Source: Fastidiosibacter lacustris (lineage in GTDB: Bacteria > Pseudomonadota > Gammaproteobacteria > Francisellales > Francisellaceae). Taken from it: a stretch of DNA of 32,000 nt. The notes under the pieces were generated by a model. It did no database searches, had not been told where the DNA came from, and was given only the letters and a program-made list of their open reading frames with translations. Numbering within the stretch: position 1 is the first letter of the stretch; every line of letters starts with the position of its first letter. The position numbers and the translations under genes were made by a program. The stretch is taken from the NCBI RefSeq assembly GCF_003428155.1, contig NZ_QLIR01000006.1, forward strand, positions 60,001 to 92,000, written 5' to 3'. Of this stretch, positions 9,463 through 20,259 are shown piece after piece.

Positions 9463-11347
9463 CTTTATTGCACATCGAGGTGCTAATCAGATTGCACCTG
9501 AAAATACGATGCTTGCATTTAAAAAAGCTTATGATGCGGGATGTAAATGGATTGAGTTAGATGTACAGCTAAGTGCAGATGACGTTTTATTTATTTTTCA
9601 TGACAACAATGCCAAAAAATTAACAGGCATAGATGCAGATATTACTACTTGGCAGTGGCATAAGATTGAAAGTTTATCGGTGTTAAGCGATACATTTTAT
9701 GACATACATGTTCAAGGATTAAATCGTATTCCAATGCTTAAGACATATCTTGATTGGATGGCTGAAATCACTGATTTGCATACTAATATTGAAGTGAAAG
9801 TAAGGCAGAGTTTTGATGAAGTTTATGAAGTGCGTTTGGTTCAAGCATTGTTAAAACTATTAGCAGAATATCCGCAACTACATGATAGGATTTTATTGTC
9901 GAGTTTTTCAGAATACGTATTGGGACTGTTAGCAGGTAGTAAATTAGGAATAGCACGTGAGTTTTTATTAGAAATAGAAGATTGGCAGGTTGCTCATCGT
10001 GATGTGTTTGACCGCATCAAACAATTATATGGTCTTTGGAATTGTGTTGCGCTTGGCATTAATAATGCTGTTTTAACTCTAGAGCGGATAGTGGAGCTTA
10101 AAGCAAGCTTTGGCAAGTTATTGACTTACTCAAATAGCAAACTTACAGATGAGGTTGTTTTACAAATGCTAAAAGAAGGTATAGATGGTATTTTTATTGA
10201 TGACTTAAACCTAGTAGAAAAAACATACAATATTACAAAAAATATAGGTTTTTTAGCAACAGGAGATGAAATTACAACTGGCGATGTACTTAATACTAAC
10301 ACTCCTGAGCTTGCCCAAAGGTTATATTCAGAAGGATTTGAAGTAGGCATACATTTGGCTTGTTTTGATAATAAAGATAAGCTAAAAACTAGTTTGAAAT
10401 TCTTGCTTAACGAGCATGCTATTGTGATCACAGTAGGTGGCTTAGGACCAACAGAGGATGATAAGACAGTAGAAGCAATTGCAGAAGTTTTTGAGCAGCA
10501 GTTGGTGTTTAATGAAGCATCGTGGCAGCGAATATATGAACGTGTGGCAAAGCGTTTTGGTAGTGTTCCTGAAAATAATAAAAAACAAGCTTATTTCCCG
10601 CAAGGTGCGCAAGTTTTGATCAATGAAGTCGGTACAGCAGATGGTTGTTATATTCATCAGGGGGATAAGCACCTATTTATGCTGCCAGGACCACCTCATG
10701 AATGTTTGCCAATGTTTGAAAAACTAGTATTACCCATTTTGAGTCAATTACAAAACAAACAAAAGCCAGCACATTTTAATTGGCAGTTGATAGGAGTTTC
10801 TGAAGCGCATATTGCATGTCAATTAAAGCCCTTGGCAGATAAGTATCAAGTTGAGCTTGGATATAGAGCAGCTTATCCTTACCTTGAAGTTAAGCTACAT
10901 TTAGCAAGTACAAGTGAAGGTACAATACAATTGGTAAACGAAATAGATGCCCTTATTGAACCATTTGTGGTAAGTAGAAACAAACAGTCTGCCAGCAAGT
11001 TATTAAAGAGCTATTTACGTTCAGGAGAGGTTGTATTGACTATGCAAAAAGACGTCACCAAGGGATACGTCTATAGTCATTTAGCAGAAATGATGCCTGT
11101 CTGTGAATCGCAACCTAGGTTATCTATTCAATTACAAACGAATGGTATGACAATATTTTGGCAGAAAACGGATGCTCCAGTGGATGATCTGTCACTACTT
11201 GTTAAAGTTGAGGATCATGTCGATAAGCGTGAATTTGAGCAAGAGTTACATGTGCGTTTTAGTAATAAAGGCAAACATAGTCTTAATTTTGTTTATGAAT
11301 GGATTTGTGCTCAGGTCGTGCGTTTAATTCAAAAGGAGATGAAGTGA
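9449..11347 (+). CDS. Fusion protein: N-terminal glycerophosphodiester phosphodiesterase (GDPD) and C-terminal CinA/MoCF-like domain (COG1058, YfaY-like)
   Basis: GDPD motifs [41 protein letters not shown]...HD; then CinA-like [31 protein letters not shown]...[13 protein letters not shown]...[10 protein letters not shown]. One uninterrupted 632-aa frame. Confidence 0.85.
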   Translation: MKINSFIAHRGANQIAPENTMLAFKKAYDAGCKWIELDVQLSADDVLFIFHDNNAKKLTGIDADITTWQWHKIESLSVLSDTFYDIHVQGLNRIPMLKTYLDWMAEITDLHTNIEVKVRQSFDEVYEVRLVQALLKLLAEYPQLHDRILLSSFSEYVLGLLAGSKLGIAREFLLEIEDWQVAHRDVFDRIKQLYGLWNCVALGINNAVLTLERIVELKASFGKLLTYSNSKLTDEVVLQMLKEGIDGIFIDDLNLVEKTYNITKNIGFLATGDEITTGDVLNTNTPELAQRLYSEGFEVGIHLACFDNKDKLKTSLKFLLNEHAIVITVGGLGPTEDDKTVEAIAEVFEQQLVFNEASWQRIYERVAKRFGSVPENNKKQAYFPQGAQVLINEVGTADGCYIHQGDKHLFMLPGPPHECLPMFEKLVLPILSQLQNKQKPAHFNWQLIGVSEAHIACQLKPLADKYQVELGYRAAYPYLEVKLHLASTSEGTIQLVNEIDALIEPFVVSRNKQSASKLLKSYLRSGEVVLTMQKDVTKGYVYSHLAEMMPVCESQPRLSIQLQTNGMTIFWQKTDAPVDDLSLLVKVEDHVDKREFEQELHVRFSNKGKHSLNFVYEWICAQVVRLIQKEMK

Positions 11348-11835
11348 TGGAGAATGCTCTTGTTGGTGTTGTAATGGGTTCCAAGTCTGATTGGGAAACA
11401 ATGAGAAATGCAACAGAAACGCTGAGAGTTTTAGGTATTCCTTATGAAGCGCAAGTAGTGTCTGCTCATAGAACGCCTGATCTTTTATTTGAATATGCTG
11501 AATCGGCCGAAGTAAAAGGCTTAAAAGTCATTATTGCCGGTGCTGGAGGAGCTGCACATCTACCTGGGATGCTTGCCGCTAAAACACATATTCCGGTGTT
11601 GGGTGTGCCTGTGCAATCCAAAGCTTTATCAGGTCAAGATTCATTGTTGTCAATTGTGCAAATGCCAGCAGGGGTGCCTGTGGCAACTTTTGCAATTGGA
11701 AAAGCAGGCGCAATTAATGCCGCACTCTTTGCTTGTAGTATATTGGCTAATCAGCATGAAAAATACAATAAGGCGATAAAGACCTATCGTAAACAACAGA
11801 CACAAATGGTGTTGAGTAACACTAATTTGGAGTAA
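11347..11835 (+). CDS. purE: 5-(carboxyamino)imidazole ribonucleotide mutase
   Basis: [49 protein letters not shown]; start ATG overlaps the previous stop (TGATG). Confidence 0.95.
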   Translation: MENALVGVVMGSKSDWETMRNATETLRVLGIPYEAQVVSAHRTPDLLFEYAESAEVKGLKVIIAGAGGAAHLPGMLAAKTHIPVLGVPVQSKALSGQDSLLSIVQMPAGVPVATFAIGKAGAINAALFACSILANQHEKYNKAIKTYRKQQTQMVLSNTNLE

Positions 11836-11872
11836 ATTTAGCAGTGTTGACAGGTGTGCTTGAGAGTCTGTT

Positions 11873-11990
11873 CATCTAACTGTGTAAATTTTTCATAATT
11901 CTAAATTCTGCCTTCAAGTTTGATTAAAAAATGAGGCATAGCTTCACTCCAATTCAAATTTATTTCTGTACACGAAGAAAAAATTACAAA
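11873..11990 (-). mobile_element. Probable degraded 3' end of an IS256/Mutator-type transposase plus terminal sequence
   Basis: Reverse strand reads NLNWSEAMPHFLIKLEGRI* (11901-11960), resembling the C-terminal tail of Mutator-type transposases (NWxxALNxFAIxFEGR). It is followed by ACACAGTTAGATGAACAGACTC, reminiscent of IS256-type terminal repeats. Confidence 0.4.
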
Positions 11991-12166
11991 ATACCGACAA
12001 GCATTATTTTTTCTTGATTTGTAGATTTGCAATATATGAAAAAGCATTTCAATCGGGTATTACAGTTAAGGACTTTAAGTTACGTTTGAAAACTCTACAA
12101 GATCCATTCTAAGGTGCTAGTCAAATGAAGAAATCTTCGTGTACAGAGCAAATTTGTGTACAACTG

Positions 12167-12195
12167 TTGATGTTTGAATCAGTTTGCGTTAGAAT
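12167..12195 (+). promoter_or_regulatory. Sigma70-type promoter for the rplC-led S10 operon
   Basis: TTGATG-N17-TAGAAT; predicts a leader of about 320 nt before rplC. Confidence 0.6.
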
Positions 12196-12305
12196 GCGCT
12201 ACCATTTAACTGTGTCAAAGCCTTAAAGGTGTTGTTGTAATGTGGGTGGCTCCTTATTAATTAGGAGGTTAGTCTTTTATTGGCGCATGTTTTAAGGTAA
12301 ATTTT

Positions 12306-12360
12306 GAGCTGTTTTATATGGCGTTTGTAATAAATGTCATATAAAACAGTTCACTTTTTT
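12306..12360 (+). terminator. Attenuator/terminator-like hairpin in the rplC leader
   Basis: GAGCTGTTTTATATG (12306-12320) pairs with CATATAAAACAGTTC (12338-12352), 15 bp with one G-U, followed by T6 at 12355-12360. Confidence 0.6.
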
Positions 12361-12526
12361 GTGAGTTGTGTCTTTGCATTTGCCTAAATTGCAAAGAACT
12401 TGCTAAAGCATATTTTTTGTTAAAAGTAATTGCTTTAGTTGAGCTGCATGAGTTTTGTGCAGATTAAAAGCGTTTCACGGTCAATTGTAATCGTGAAAGT
12501 AAATAATAATAAAGTGAGGATAAAAG

Positions 12527-13171
12527 ATGTCTTTAGGTATCGTAGGTCGCAAATGCGGCATGACTCGTGTATTCACTGAAGATGGCACATCTATCCCTGT
12601 AACAGTTATTCATGTGGAGCCAAATACGGTAACGCAAGTAAAAACTACTAAAACAGATGGATATAGTTCTATTCAGGTGACAACAGGTGTTAAAAAGCGC
12701 TCTCGCGTAACTAAACCAGAAGCGGGTCATTTTGCTAAGGCAAATGTTGAGCCAGGTCGTGGTTTGTGGGAGTTTTGTCTAGGTGCTGAGCAAGTTATCG
12801 AATTTGAAGCTGGTAAAACAATTGACGTTTCAATGTTTGAGGCTGGTCAAAAAGTAGATGTGACAGGCACATCAAAAGGTAAAGGTTTCCAAGGTGGTGT
12901 TAAGCGTCATAATTTCAGAACGCAAGATGCAACTCATGGTAACTCTCTTTCGCATCGTGTACCTGGTTCAACAGGTCAAAACCAAACACCAGGCCGTGTT
13001 TTCAAGAACAAGAAAATGGCTGGTCACTTAGGTAATGTTAAAACCACTATTCAAACTCTTGAAGTCGTTAAAGTAGATGTTGAAAATGGTTTATTGCTGC
13101 TAAAAGGTGGCATCCCAGGCGCAACAGGCGGTGATGTTATTGTAACACCTGCTATTAAAGTTAAAGCTTAA
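12527..13171 (+). CDS. rplC: 50S ribosomal protein L3
   Basis: [20 protein letters not shown]...[17 protein letters not shown]. Confidence 0.98.
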   Translation: MSLGIVGRKCGMTRVFTEDGTSIPVTVIHVEPNTVTQVKTTKTDGYSSIQVTTGVKKRSRVTKPEAGHFAKANVEPGRGLWEFCLGAEQVIEFEAGKTIDVSMFEAGQKVDVTGTSKGKGFQGGVKRHNFRTQDATHGNSLSHRVPGSTGQNQTPGRVFKNKKMAGHLGNVKTTIQTLEVVKVDVENGLLLLKGGIPGATGGDVIVTPAIKVKA

Positions 13172-13185
13172 GAGGGAGAAGTTAC

Positions 13186-13809
13186 GTGGATTTAAATATT
13201 AAAACATTAGCGGGCGACAATCATTCGGTATTGAATGTTGCAGATAGCGTGTTCTCTAGAGACTATAACGAAGCGCTCATTCATCAAGTTGTTGTTGCTT
13301 ATATGGCAGGTAGTCGTCAAGGTACAAAAGCGCAAAAAACACGTGCCGAGGTTTCAGGTGGTGGCTCTAAGCCTTGGAGACAAAAAGGTACAGGGCGTGC
13401 TCGTGCGGGGACAATTCGTTCACCTTTATGGCGTAAGGGCGGTGTGATATTCGCTGCTAAACCAAGAAATTATGAGCAAAAAGTCAACCGTAAGATGTAT
13501 CGAGCTGCCATTCAATCTATTTTATCTGAGCTGTTAAGAGCGGAGCGTTTGTTAGTGATTGAAGGCTTTAAAGTTGAGACGCCAAAAACAAAAGAATTTG
13601 TTCAAGCTTTAAAACAATTAGATATAAAAGAAGCATTAATCGTTGTAAGTCCTGAAGAGTTTACCGAAGAGCTTTATCTAGCTTCAAGAAACATTAAAAA
13701 CGTAGCCGTTGTTGATTCACAAGAAATCAATCCAGTTGCTTTAATGTGTTTTGATAAAGTAATTATGACTCAAGAAGCAGTTAAGCAAGTTGAGGAGCGT
13801 TTAGTATGA
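13186..13809 (+). CDS. rplD: 50S ribosomal protein L4
   Basis: [49 protein letters not shown]; GTG start. Confidence 0.97.
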   Translation: MDLNIKTLAGDNHSVLNVADSVFSRDYNEALIHQVVVAYMAGSRQGTKAQKTRAEVSGGGSKPWRQKGTGRARAGTIRSPLWRKGGVIFAAKPRNYEQKVNRKMYRAAIQSILSELLRAERLLVIEGFKVETPKTKEFVQALKQLDIKEALIVVSPEEFTEELYLASRNIKNVAVVDSQEINPVALMCFDKVIMTQEAVKQVEERLV

Positions 13810-14102
13810 ATCAAGAAAGATTGCTTAAAGTGTTGCTAAGTCCGCATGTGACTAATAAGGCATATGAGGTAGCTGAGCGCTCTTCTTATGTTGTATTTAA
13901 AGTCGCAACTAATGCAACTAAAATAGAAATTAAAAAAGCGGTTGAAATGCTTTTTGAAGTAAAAGTTGAAGATGTGAAAACTGTCAACGTGAAAGGTAAA
14001 GCGCGCCGTTTTGGTCGTATTGAAGGTAGAACTAAGGACTGGAAGAAAGCTTATATTAGACTTGCTGAAGGTCATGACATCAATTTTATTGGTGCTGAAT
14101 AA
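13806..14102 (+). CDS. rplW: 50S ribosomal protein L23
   Basis: Conserved L23; overlaps the rplD stop by 4 nt (ATGA-type). Confidence 0.95.
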   Translation: MNQERLLKVLLSPHVTNKAYEVAERSSYVVFKVATNATKIEIKKAVEMLFEVKVEDVKTVNVKGKARRFGRIEGRTKDWKKAYIRLAEGHDINFIGAE

Positions 14103-14123
14103 GTTAGAGGTGAGGATAAATAA

Positions 14124-14945
14124 ATGAAAGTAGTTAAAGCAAAACCAACCTCTCCTGGTCGTCGCTTTGTTATTCAGGTTAAAAACCCTGACTTATACAA
14201 AGGTAAACCTTTTGCTGGATTAGTTGAGAAAAAATCTAAAAACTCAGGTCGTAATAACCAGGGTCGTATTACAGTTCGTCACCAAGGTGGTGGTCACAAG
14301 CAAAATTACCGCGTTATTGACTTTAAACGGGTCAAAGATGATATTCCTGCTAAAGTTGAGCGTATCGAATATGATCCTAACCGTACAGCATACATTGCCT
14401 TGGTGTTGTATAAAGACGGAGAAAGAAGATACATGATTGCACCAAAGGGTTTGGTTGAAGGTATGGAGGTAATATCTGGTGAGCATGTCTCGATCAAACC
14501 AGGTAACTGTATGCCAATTCGTAACATTCCTTTGGGTGCGGTTGTTCACAACGTTGAGTTGAAGCCAGGTAAAGGTGCTCAATTAGCACGTTCAGCGGGA
14601 GCTTCAATGCAAATCGTTGGTAAAGACAATGCTTATGCGATCGTGCGCTTGCGTTCAGGTGAGATGCGCAAAGTGTTGTTAAGTTGTCGTGCAGTAATTG
14701 GTACAGTGTCTAATTCTGAGCACAACTTAAGATCAATCGGTAAAGCTGGAGCAAATCGTTGGCGTGGTATTCGCCCGACCGTACGTGGTGTTGCAATGAA
14801 CCCTGTTGATCACCCACATGGTGGTGGTGAGGGTCGTACATCTGCTGGGCGTCATCCTGTGACGCCGTGGGGTGTGAAGACTAAGGGTAAAAAGACACGT
14901 ACAAACAAGCGCTCCAATAAGCTGATTGTACAAAGACGTAAATAA
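14124..14945 (+). CDS. rplB: 50S ribosomal protein L2
   Basis: [10 protein letters not shown]...[22 protein letters not shown]...[25 protein letters not shown]. Confidence 0.98.
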   Translation: MKVVKAKPTSPGRRFVIQVKNPDLYKGKPFAGLVEKKSKNSGRNNQGRITVRHQGGGHKQNYRVIDFKRVKDDIPAKVERIEYDPNRTAYIALVLYKDGERRYMIAPKGLVEGMEVISGEHVSIKPGNCMPIRNIPLGAVVHNVELKPGKGAQLARSAGASMQIVGKDNAYAIVRLRSGEMRKVLLSCRAVIGTVSNSEHNLRSIGKAGANRWRGIRPTVRGVAMNPVDHPHGGGEGRTSAGRHPVTPWGVKTKGKKTRTNKRSNKLIVQRRK

Positions 14946-14961
14946 TTAAAGGGAGAATATT

Positions 14962-15240
14962 GTGGCTCGTTCATTAAAGAAAGGACCTTTTGTTGATCAT
15001 CACTTATTAAAGAAAGTGTTTGATGCGCAAGAGGCTAATTCAAAAAAGCCAATTAAAACTTGGTCGAGAAGATCCATGATTGTGCCGGATATGATTGGTT
15101 TAACAATTGCTGTGCATAATGGGCATCAACATGTGCCAGTGCTTGTCACTGAAAACATGATTGGACACAAGTTAGGCGAATTTGCTGTGACTCGTAATTA
15201 CCGAGGTCACGCAGCAGATAAAAAAGCTAAGAAAAAATAA
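14962..15240 (+). CDS. rpsS: 30S ribosomal protein S19
   Basis: [19 protein letters not shown]...[22 protein letters not shown]. Confidence 0.97.
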   Translation: MARSLKKGPFVDHHLLKKVFDAQEANSKKPIKTWSRRSMIVPDMIGLTIAVHNGHQHVPVLVTENMIGHKLGEFAVTRNYRGHAADKKAKKK

Positions 15241-15252
15241 TTGAGGTTTTCA

Positions 15253-15588
15253 ATGGAAGTTCAAGCTAAATTAAAACATGCGCGAATTTCAGCTCAAAAA
15301 GCGCGTTTGGTTGCTGATCAAATTCGCGGTTTGCCAGTTGAAAAAGCGTTAAATCTTCTTTCTTTTAGCAATAAAAAAGCTGCTAGTCTGATCAAAGGTG
15401 TCTTAACGTCTGCTATCGCTAACGCTGAGCATAATGATGGGTTGGATATTGACGAATTGTATGTTTCTACAGTTCATGTCGATGAAGGTCCAACTATGAA
15501 ACGTTTTGAAGCTCGCGCTAAAGGTCGTGGTAATCGTATTTTAAAACGCACTTCTCACGTAACCGTGAAAGTAGCAGAAAAAAATTAA
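15253..15588 (+). CDS. rplV: 50S ribosomal protein L22
   Basis: [26 protein letters not shown]; ATG at 15253 preferred over the TTG at 15241. Confidence 0.95.
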   Translation: MEVQAKLKHARISAQKARLVADQIRGLPVEKALNLLSFSNKKAASLIKGVLTSAIANAEHNDGLDIDELYVSTVHVDEGPTMKRFEARAKGRGNRILKRTSHVTVKVAEKN

Positions 15589-15598
15589 GGGGCACTAA

Positions 15599-16294
15599 AT
15601 GGGTCAGAAGGTACATCCTACCGGTATACGCTTAGGTTTTATCAAAGACTGGCGTTCAGTATGGTATGCAGGTTCCAAGGACTATGCAGATAAGTTAAAC
15701 ACGGATATCGAAGTGCGTACTTATCTTCATAAGAAATTGGAAAATGCTTCCGTTAGTCGTATTAAGATCGAAAGACCAGCGCAAAATGCTAAGGTCACTA
15801 TTTTCACTGCGCGTCCTGGTATCGTGATTGGTAAAAAAGGTGAAGATGTAGAAATATTGCGTAATGAATTAACTAAAAAAATGGGTATTCCCGTTCAAAT
15901 CAATATTGAAGAAGTTCGTAAGCCTGAACTAGATGCGCAGTTAGTTGCAGATGGCATTTCACAACAGCTTGAGAAGCGTGTAATGTTTCGTCGTGCGATG
16001 AAGCGTGCGATTCAAACAGCGATGAAAATGGGTGCTGAGGGGATTAAGGTATCGATTGCTGGTCGCTTGGGTGGTGCTGAGATTGCGCGCACTGAGTGGG
16101 CAAAAGAAGGTCGTATTCCACTTCATACTTTCCGTGCTGATATTGATTATGCAACATCTGAGGCTTTAACAACTTATGGTATTCTAGGTGTTAAAGTGTG
16201 GATATTCAAAGGCGAAATTCTTCCTGGTCAAGAGCGTAAGCCTGAAGCAGAAGATAAAGCGCCTAAAAAAGCAAAAAGAAGAGGGGCTAAATAA
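15599..16294 (+). CDS. rpsC: 30S ribosomal protein S3
   Basis: [13 protein letters not shown]...[14 protein letters not shown]. Confidence 0.97.
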   Translation: MGQKVHPTGIRLGFIKDWRSVWYAGSKDYADKLNTDIEVRTYLHKKLENASVSRIKIERPAQNAKVTIFTARPGIVIGKKGEDVEILRNELTKKMGIPVQINIEEVRKPELDAQLVADGISQQLEKRVMFRRAMKRAIQTAMKMGAEGIKVSIAGRLGGAEIARTEWAKEGRIPLHTFRADIDYATSEALTTYGILGVKVWIFKGEILPGQERKPEAEDKAPKKAKRRGAK

Positions 16295-16707
16295 TGTTAC
16301 AGCCTAAGCGTACTAAATTCCGTAAACAGCAAAAGTTACGTAATCGTGGTCTTGCTCTGCGTGGTAATAAAGTAAGTTTTGGTGATTTCGGTTTACAAGC
16401 GATTGGTCGTGGTCGCTTAACTGCTCGCCAAATTGAAGCCGGTCGTCGTGCAATTAATCGCCACGTACGCCGTGGTGGTAAGGTTTGGATCCGTGTATTC
16501 CCAGATAAACCAATTACTGAAAAACCATTAGAAGTTCGTATGGGTAAAGGTAAAGGTAACGTTGAGTACTGGGTGGCCCAAATTCAGCCAGGAAAAATGC
16601 TTTATGAAATCCAAGGTGTGAGTGAAGAAATCGCAAGAGCTGCGTTTGCGCGTGCTGCTGCTAAACTTCCAATTGCAACCACATTCACAGAAAAGACGGT
16701 GATGTAA
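16294..16707 (+). CDS. rplP: 50S ribosomal protein L16
   Basis: [19 protein letters not shown]...[28 protein letters not shown]. Confidence 0.97.
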   Translation: MLQPKRTKFRKQQKLRNRGLALRGNKVSFGDFGLQAIGRGRLTARQIEAGRRAINRHVRRGGKVWIRVFPDKPITEKPLEVRMGKGKGNVEYWVAQIQPGKMLYEIQGVSEEIARAAFARAAAKLPIATTFTEKTVM

Positions 16708-16916
16708 TGAAGGCAAGTGAAAAAATTAAAGAATTGAAAGCAAAGTCTGCTCAAGAGCTAAAAGCGCAAAAAATTGATTTGTTAAAAGAACAGTTTAATT
16801 TGCGTATGCAAAAGGGCGCTGGGCAGTTAACGAAAAATCATATATTCAAAAACATTCGTCGTGATATTGCTCGTATTAATACAATTTTGTCTGAAAAACA
16901 AAAAGTAGGTGCTTAG
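16707..16916 (+). CDS. rpmC: 50S ribosomal protein L29
   Basis: Conserved L29 ([16 protein letters not shown]...[12 protein letters not shown]). Confidence 0.94.
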   Translation: MKASEKIKELKAKSAQELKAQKIDLLKEQFNLRMQKGAGQLTKNHIFKNIRRDIARINTILSEKQKVGA

Positions 16917-16918
16917 AA

Positions 16919-17170
16919 ATGAGTGATAAAATTAGAACGTTACTTGGAAGAGTAACCAGCGACAAAATGGACAAAACTATCACGGTTGTAGTTGATCGTA
17001 AAGTTAAGCATCCATTATATGGTAAGTTTGTCACTAAGACGACTAAGTATCATGCGCATGATGAAGGTAATGAGTGTAAAGAAGGCGATACAGTAGAAAT
17101 TACTGAAACAAGACCTTACTCAAAGACTAAAAAGTGGCGTTTGGTTTCAATCGTAGAGCGTGCAAAATAA
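16919..17170 (+). CDS. rpsQ: 30S ribosomal protein S17
   Basis: [33 protein letters not shown]. Confidence 0.96.
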   Translation: MSDKIRTLLGRVTSDKMDKTITVVVDRKVKHPLYGKFVTKTTKYHAHDEGNECKEGDTVEITETRPYSKTKKWRLVSIVERAK

Positions 17171-17253
17171 GGAAATTTGCATTTTATGTGCAGATTTCTT
17201 TCGTTGTGAAAAGCGCGAAATGTGTGTTAAAGCAAAGTTAGAAACTGCTTAAA

Positions 17254-17281
17254 TTGCATTTTTGATTTTTGTTGTTATAAT
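17254..17281 (+). promoter_or_regulatory. Sigma70-type promoter for the spc operon
   Basis: TTGCAT-N16-TATAAT in the rpsQ-rplN gap, the position of P-spc in E. coli. Confidence 0.7.
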
Positions 17282-17333
17282 AGTGCGTCTTTTTGACGCC
17301 ACTACTTAGAAATTGACGTAAGTGAGGTATAAA

Positions 17334-17702
17334 ATGATTCAGATGCAAACTGAACTTCAAGTTGCTGATAATAGTGGCGCTCGTCGGGTAGAATGTATCA
17401 AAGTGTTGGGTGGCTCCCATCGTAGATACGCAAGTATAGGTGATGTGATTAAAGTTTCTGTTAAAGAAGCTAACCCACGCGGTAAGGTGAAAAAGGGTAG
17501 TGTTTACAGTGCAGTAGTGGTTAGAACAGCTAAAGGTGTTCGTCGCCGTGATGGATCTGTTTTGCGCTTTGATGGTAATGCAGTTGTTCTTTTGAATAAC
17601 CAAAACCAACCGATTGGCACACGTATATTTGGTCCTGTGACACGCGAGCTACGTAGTGAAAAGTTTATGAAAATTGTTTCACTTGCCCCAGAAGTGTTAT
17701 AA
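17334..17702 (+). CDS. rplN: 50S ribosomal protein L14
   Basis: [27 protein letters not shown]; ATG at 17334 preferred over 17322. Confidence 0.97.
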   Translation: MIQMQTELQVADNSGARRVECIKVLGGSHRRYASIGDVIKVSVKEANPRGKVKKGSVYSAVVVRTAKGVRRRDGSVLRFDGNAVVLLNNQNQPIGTRIFGPVTRELRSEKFMKIVSLAPEVL

Positions 17703-17719
17703 GTTGGAGTATAACAGTA

Positions 17720-18043
17720 ATGAATAGACTGAAGAAAGGCGATGATGTAATCATTATTGCTGGTAAAGACAAAGGTCGTAGAGGAACGATAGTTACTGTG
17801 CTTTCTGATGAAGATCGCGTAGTAGTGGAAGGTGTGAATCTAGTAAAACGTCATGTGAAGCCTAATCCAAATAGAGGGGTTGAGGGTGGCATCGTTGAGA
17901 AAGAAGCATCTATCCACGCATCTAATGTTGCTTTATATAACCCTGCTACAAAGAAAGCTGACCGTGTTGGTATTAAATTTGTGGAAGATGGTAAGAAAAA
18001 GGTTCGCTATTTCAAGTCAAATGGCGAATTAGTAGATCTATAG
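17720..18043 (+). CDS. rplX: 50S ribosomal protein L24
   Basis: [23 protein letters not shown]. Confidence 0.96.
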   Translation: MNRLKKGDDVIIIAGKDKGRRGTIVTVLSDEDRVVVEGVNLVKRHVKPNPNRGVEGGIVEKEASIHASNVALYNPATKKADRVGIKFVEDGKKKVRYFKSNGELVDL

Positions 18044-18053
18044 GTAGTAAAAT

Positions 18054-18593
18054 ATGGCAAGGCTAAAAGCTTTCTATCAAGAAAAAGTAGTTGCACAGCT
18101 TAAGAATGAGCTTGGTATTGCTAATGTGATGGAGATTCCACGCATTACCAAAATCACGCTAAATATGGGTGTTGGTGAAGCTGCAAAAGATAAAAAAGCG
18201 ATCGAGAATGCAGTTAAGGATCTAGAAGCAATCGCAGGTCAAAAAGCAGTGATTACTAAAACTAGAAAATCGATTGCAGGCTTTAAGATTCGTGATGGTT
18301 GGCCAATTGGTTGCAAAGTGACTTTACGTGGTAACCGTATGTATGAATTTTTAGATCGTTTGATTACAATTGCAATCCCTCGTATCCGTGACTTTCGTGG
18401 TTTGAATCCTAAATCGTTTGATGGTCGTGGTAACTATAGCATGGGTATGCGTGAGCAAATTGCTTTTCCTGAAATCGAATATGATAAAGTTGATAGTATT
18501 CGTGGTTTAGATATCACTATTACAACAACTGCAAAAAATGACGAGCAAGGCAAAGCATTGTTAAACGCATTTAACTTCCCATTGAAATCTTAA
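18054..18593 (+). CDS. rplE: 50S ribosomal protein L5
   Basis: Conserved L5 ([24 protein letters not shown]). Confidence 0.97.
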   Translation: MARLKAFYQEKVVAQLKNELGIANVMEIPRITKITLNMGVGEAAKDKKAIENAVKDLEAIAGQKAVITKTRKSIAGFKIRDGWPIGCKVTLRGNRMYEFLDRLITIAIPRIRDFRGLNPKSFDGRGNYSMGMREQIAFPEIEYDKVDSIRGLDITITTTAKNDEQGKALLNAFNFPLKS

Positions 18594-18607
18594 GGAGTTA
18601 CTAGACA

Positions 18608-18913
18608 ATGGCAAAACTTGGAATGATCCAAAGAGAATTGAAAAGACAGAGGTTGGTTGAAAAGTATGCTCAAAAAAGAGTTGAGCTTAAAGCAATTATT
18701 TTAAGCTCAACTGCCTCTGATGATCAAAAATGGGATGCACAAATTAAATTGCAAAAACTTCCAGTTAACTCATCGCCTTCACGCCTTCAGACACGTTGTC
18801 GTATTACAGGCAGAGCACATGCTGTATACAAGAAATTTGGGCTATGTCGTAATAAATTGCGTGAACACGCAATGGTTGGTGATGTTCCTGGCTTGAAAAA
18901 AGCTAGTTGGTAA
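18608..18913 (+). CDS. rpsN: 30S ribosomal protein S14
   Basis: [36 protein letters not shown]; 101 aa, zinc-free long form. Confidence 0.96.
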   Translation: MAKLGMIQRELKRQRLVEKYAQKRVELKAIILSSTASDDQKWDAQIKLQKLPVNSSPSRLQTRCRITGRAHAVYKKFGLCRNKLREHAMVGDVPGLKKASW

Positions 18914-18930
18914 TAGAAGGATTAATTTTT

Positions 18931-19323
18931 ATGAGTATGCAAGATCCTATTGCAGATATGTTAACAAGAATTAGAAATGGTTTGTCTGCACATAAGACAA
19001 CGGTTTCTATGCCTTTGTCTAATAAGAAGAAGGCTATTGCTGATCTTCTTGTAAGTGAAGGTTATATCGAAAATGTTAATGTGTCAGAAGAGAATAATGG
19101 CACACTAAATATTGAACTTAAGTATCATCAAGGTCAACCTGTGATTGAAATGCTAAAACGTATAAGTCGCCCTGGCCTTCGTATATACAAAACGGCTGCT
19201 GAACTTCCAAAAATATATGGTGGTTTCGGTGTGGCAGTGATTTCTACTTCTCGTGGCTTAATGAGCGATAGACAAGCACGCGCTCAAGGTGTTGGCGGTG
19301 AAGTGATTTGCTACGTAGCATAA
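18931..19323 (+). CDS. rpsH: 30S ribosomal protein S8
   Basis: [17 protein letters not shown]...[28 protein letters not shown]; ATG at 18931 preferred. Confidence 0.96.
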   Translation: MSMQDPIADMLTRIRNGLSAHKTTVSMPLSNKKKAIADLLVSEGYIENVNVSEENNGTLNIELKYHQGQPVIEMLKRISRPGLRIYKTAAELPKIYGGFGVAVISTSRGLMSDRQARAQGVGGEVICYVA

Positions 19324-19338
19324 AGCAGGAGATATTCG

Positions 19339-19875
19339 ATGTCTAGAATTGGTAAAAAGCCTGTTGCTATTCCTAGTGGTGTAACGGTTGCAGTGGCAAG
19401 AGATAATTTTGTGACTGTAAAAGGTGCTAAAGGCGAGTTAGTTAAAAAAATTAATAATGCGGTAACAATTGAAGTTGCAGATAAAGTGGTTAACGTTAAA
19501 GCGAATGACGACTCTAAAAGTGCAAACATGCAATCAGGTACAGCGCGCGCCTTGATTAACAATATGATTGTTGGTGTGAGCCAAGGCTTCGAGAGGAAAT
19601 TACAATTGGTTGGTGTGGGATACCGTGCTAAAGCCCAAGGTAATAGTGTCAACTTAACGCTTGGCTTTTCCCATCCGGTTGATCACGAATTACCTAAAGG
19701 TGTAACAGTTGAGACGCCTTCTCAAACTGAAATTGTTTTGAAGAGTGCAAATAAAGAGCTACTTGGTAAAGTTGCAGCAGACATTCGTTCATATCGTGAA
19801 CCTGAGGTTTATAAAGGCAAAGGTGTTCGTTATGCGAATGAAAAAGTCATAACCAAAGAAGCTAAGAAAAAATAA
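19339..19875 (+). CDS. rplF: 50S ribosomal protein L6
   Basis: [15 protein letters not shown]...[14 protein letters not shown]. Confidence 0.97.
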   Translation: MSRIGKKPVAIPSGVTVAVARDNFVTVKGAKGELVKKINNAVTIEVADKVVNVKANDDSKSANMQSGTARALINNMIVGVSQGFERKLQLVGVGYRAKAQGNSVNLTLGFSHPVDHELPKGVTVETPSQTEIVLKSANKELLGKVAADIRSYREPEVYKGKGVRYANEKVITKEAKKK

Positions 19876-19889
19876 GTGAGTAGAGAGCT

Positions 19890-20243
19890 ATGGATAAAAA
19901 AAATGCTCGTTTACGTCGTGCGAAGCGTACGCGAATCAAACTAAAAGAACTAAATCAAGTTCGTCTATGTATACATAGGACTCCAAGACATATGTATGCA
20001 CAAATTATTTCTGGTGATGGTTCACAGGTTTTGGTGCAGGCGTCAACACTTGAGGAAGCTGTGAAAAAAGATTGTGCTTATACTGGTAACGTTGCTTCTG
20101 CAACGGTTGTTGGTAAATTCATTGCACAGCGCGCTATTGAAAAAGGTATTGAGCAAATTGCTTTTGACCGTTCAGGTTTTAGATATCATGGGCGTGTTAA
20201 AGCATTGGCTGATTCAGCTAGAGAAAATGGTTTGAAATTTTAA
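19890..20243 (+). CDS. rplR: 50S ribosomal protein L18
   Basis: Conserved L18 with C-terminal [26 protein letters not shown]. Confidence 0.96.
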   Translation: MDKKNARLRRAKRTRIKLKELNQVRLCIHRTPRHMYAQIISGDGSQVLVQASTLEEAVKKDCAYTGNVASATVVGKFIAQRAIEKGIEQIAFDRSGFRYHGRVKALADSARENGLKF

Positions 20244-20259
20244 TTAAAGGCGACTGATA

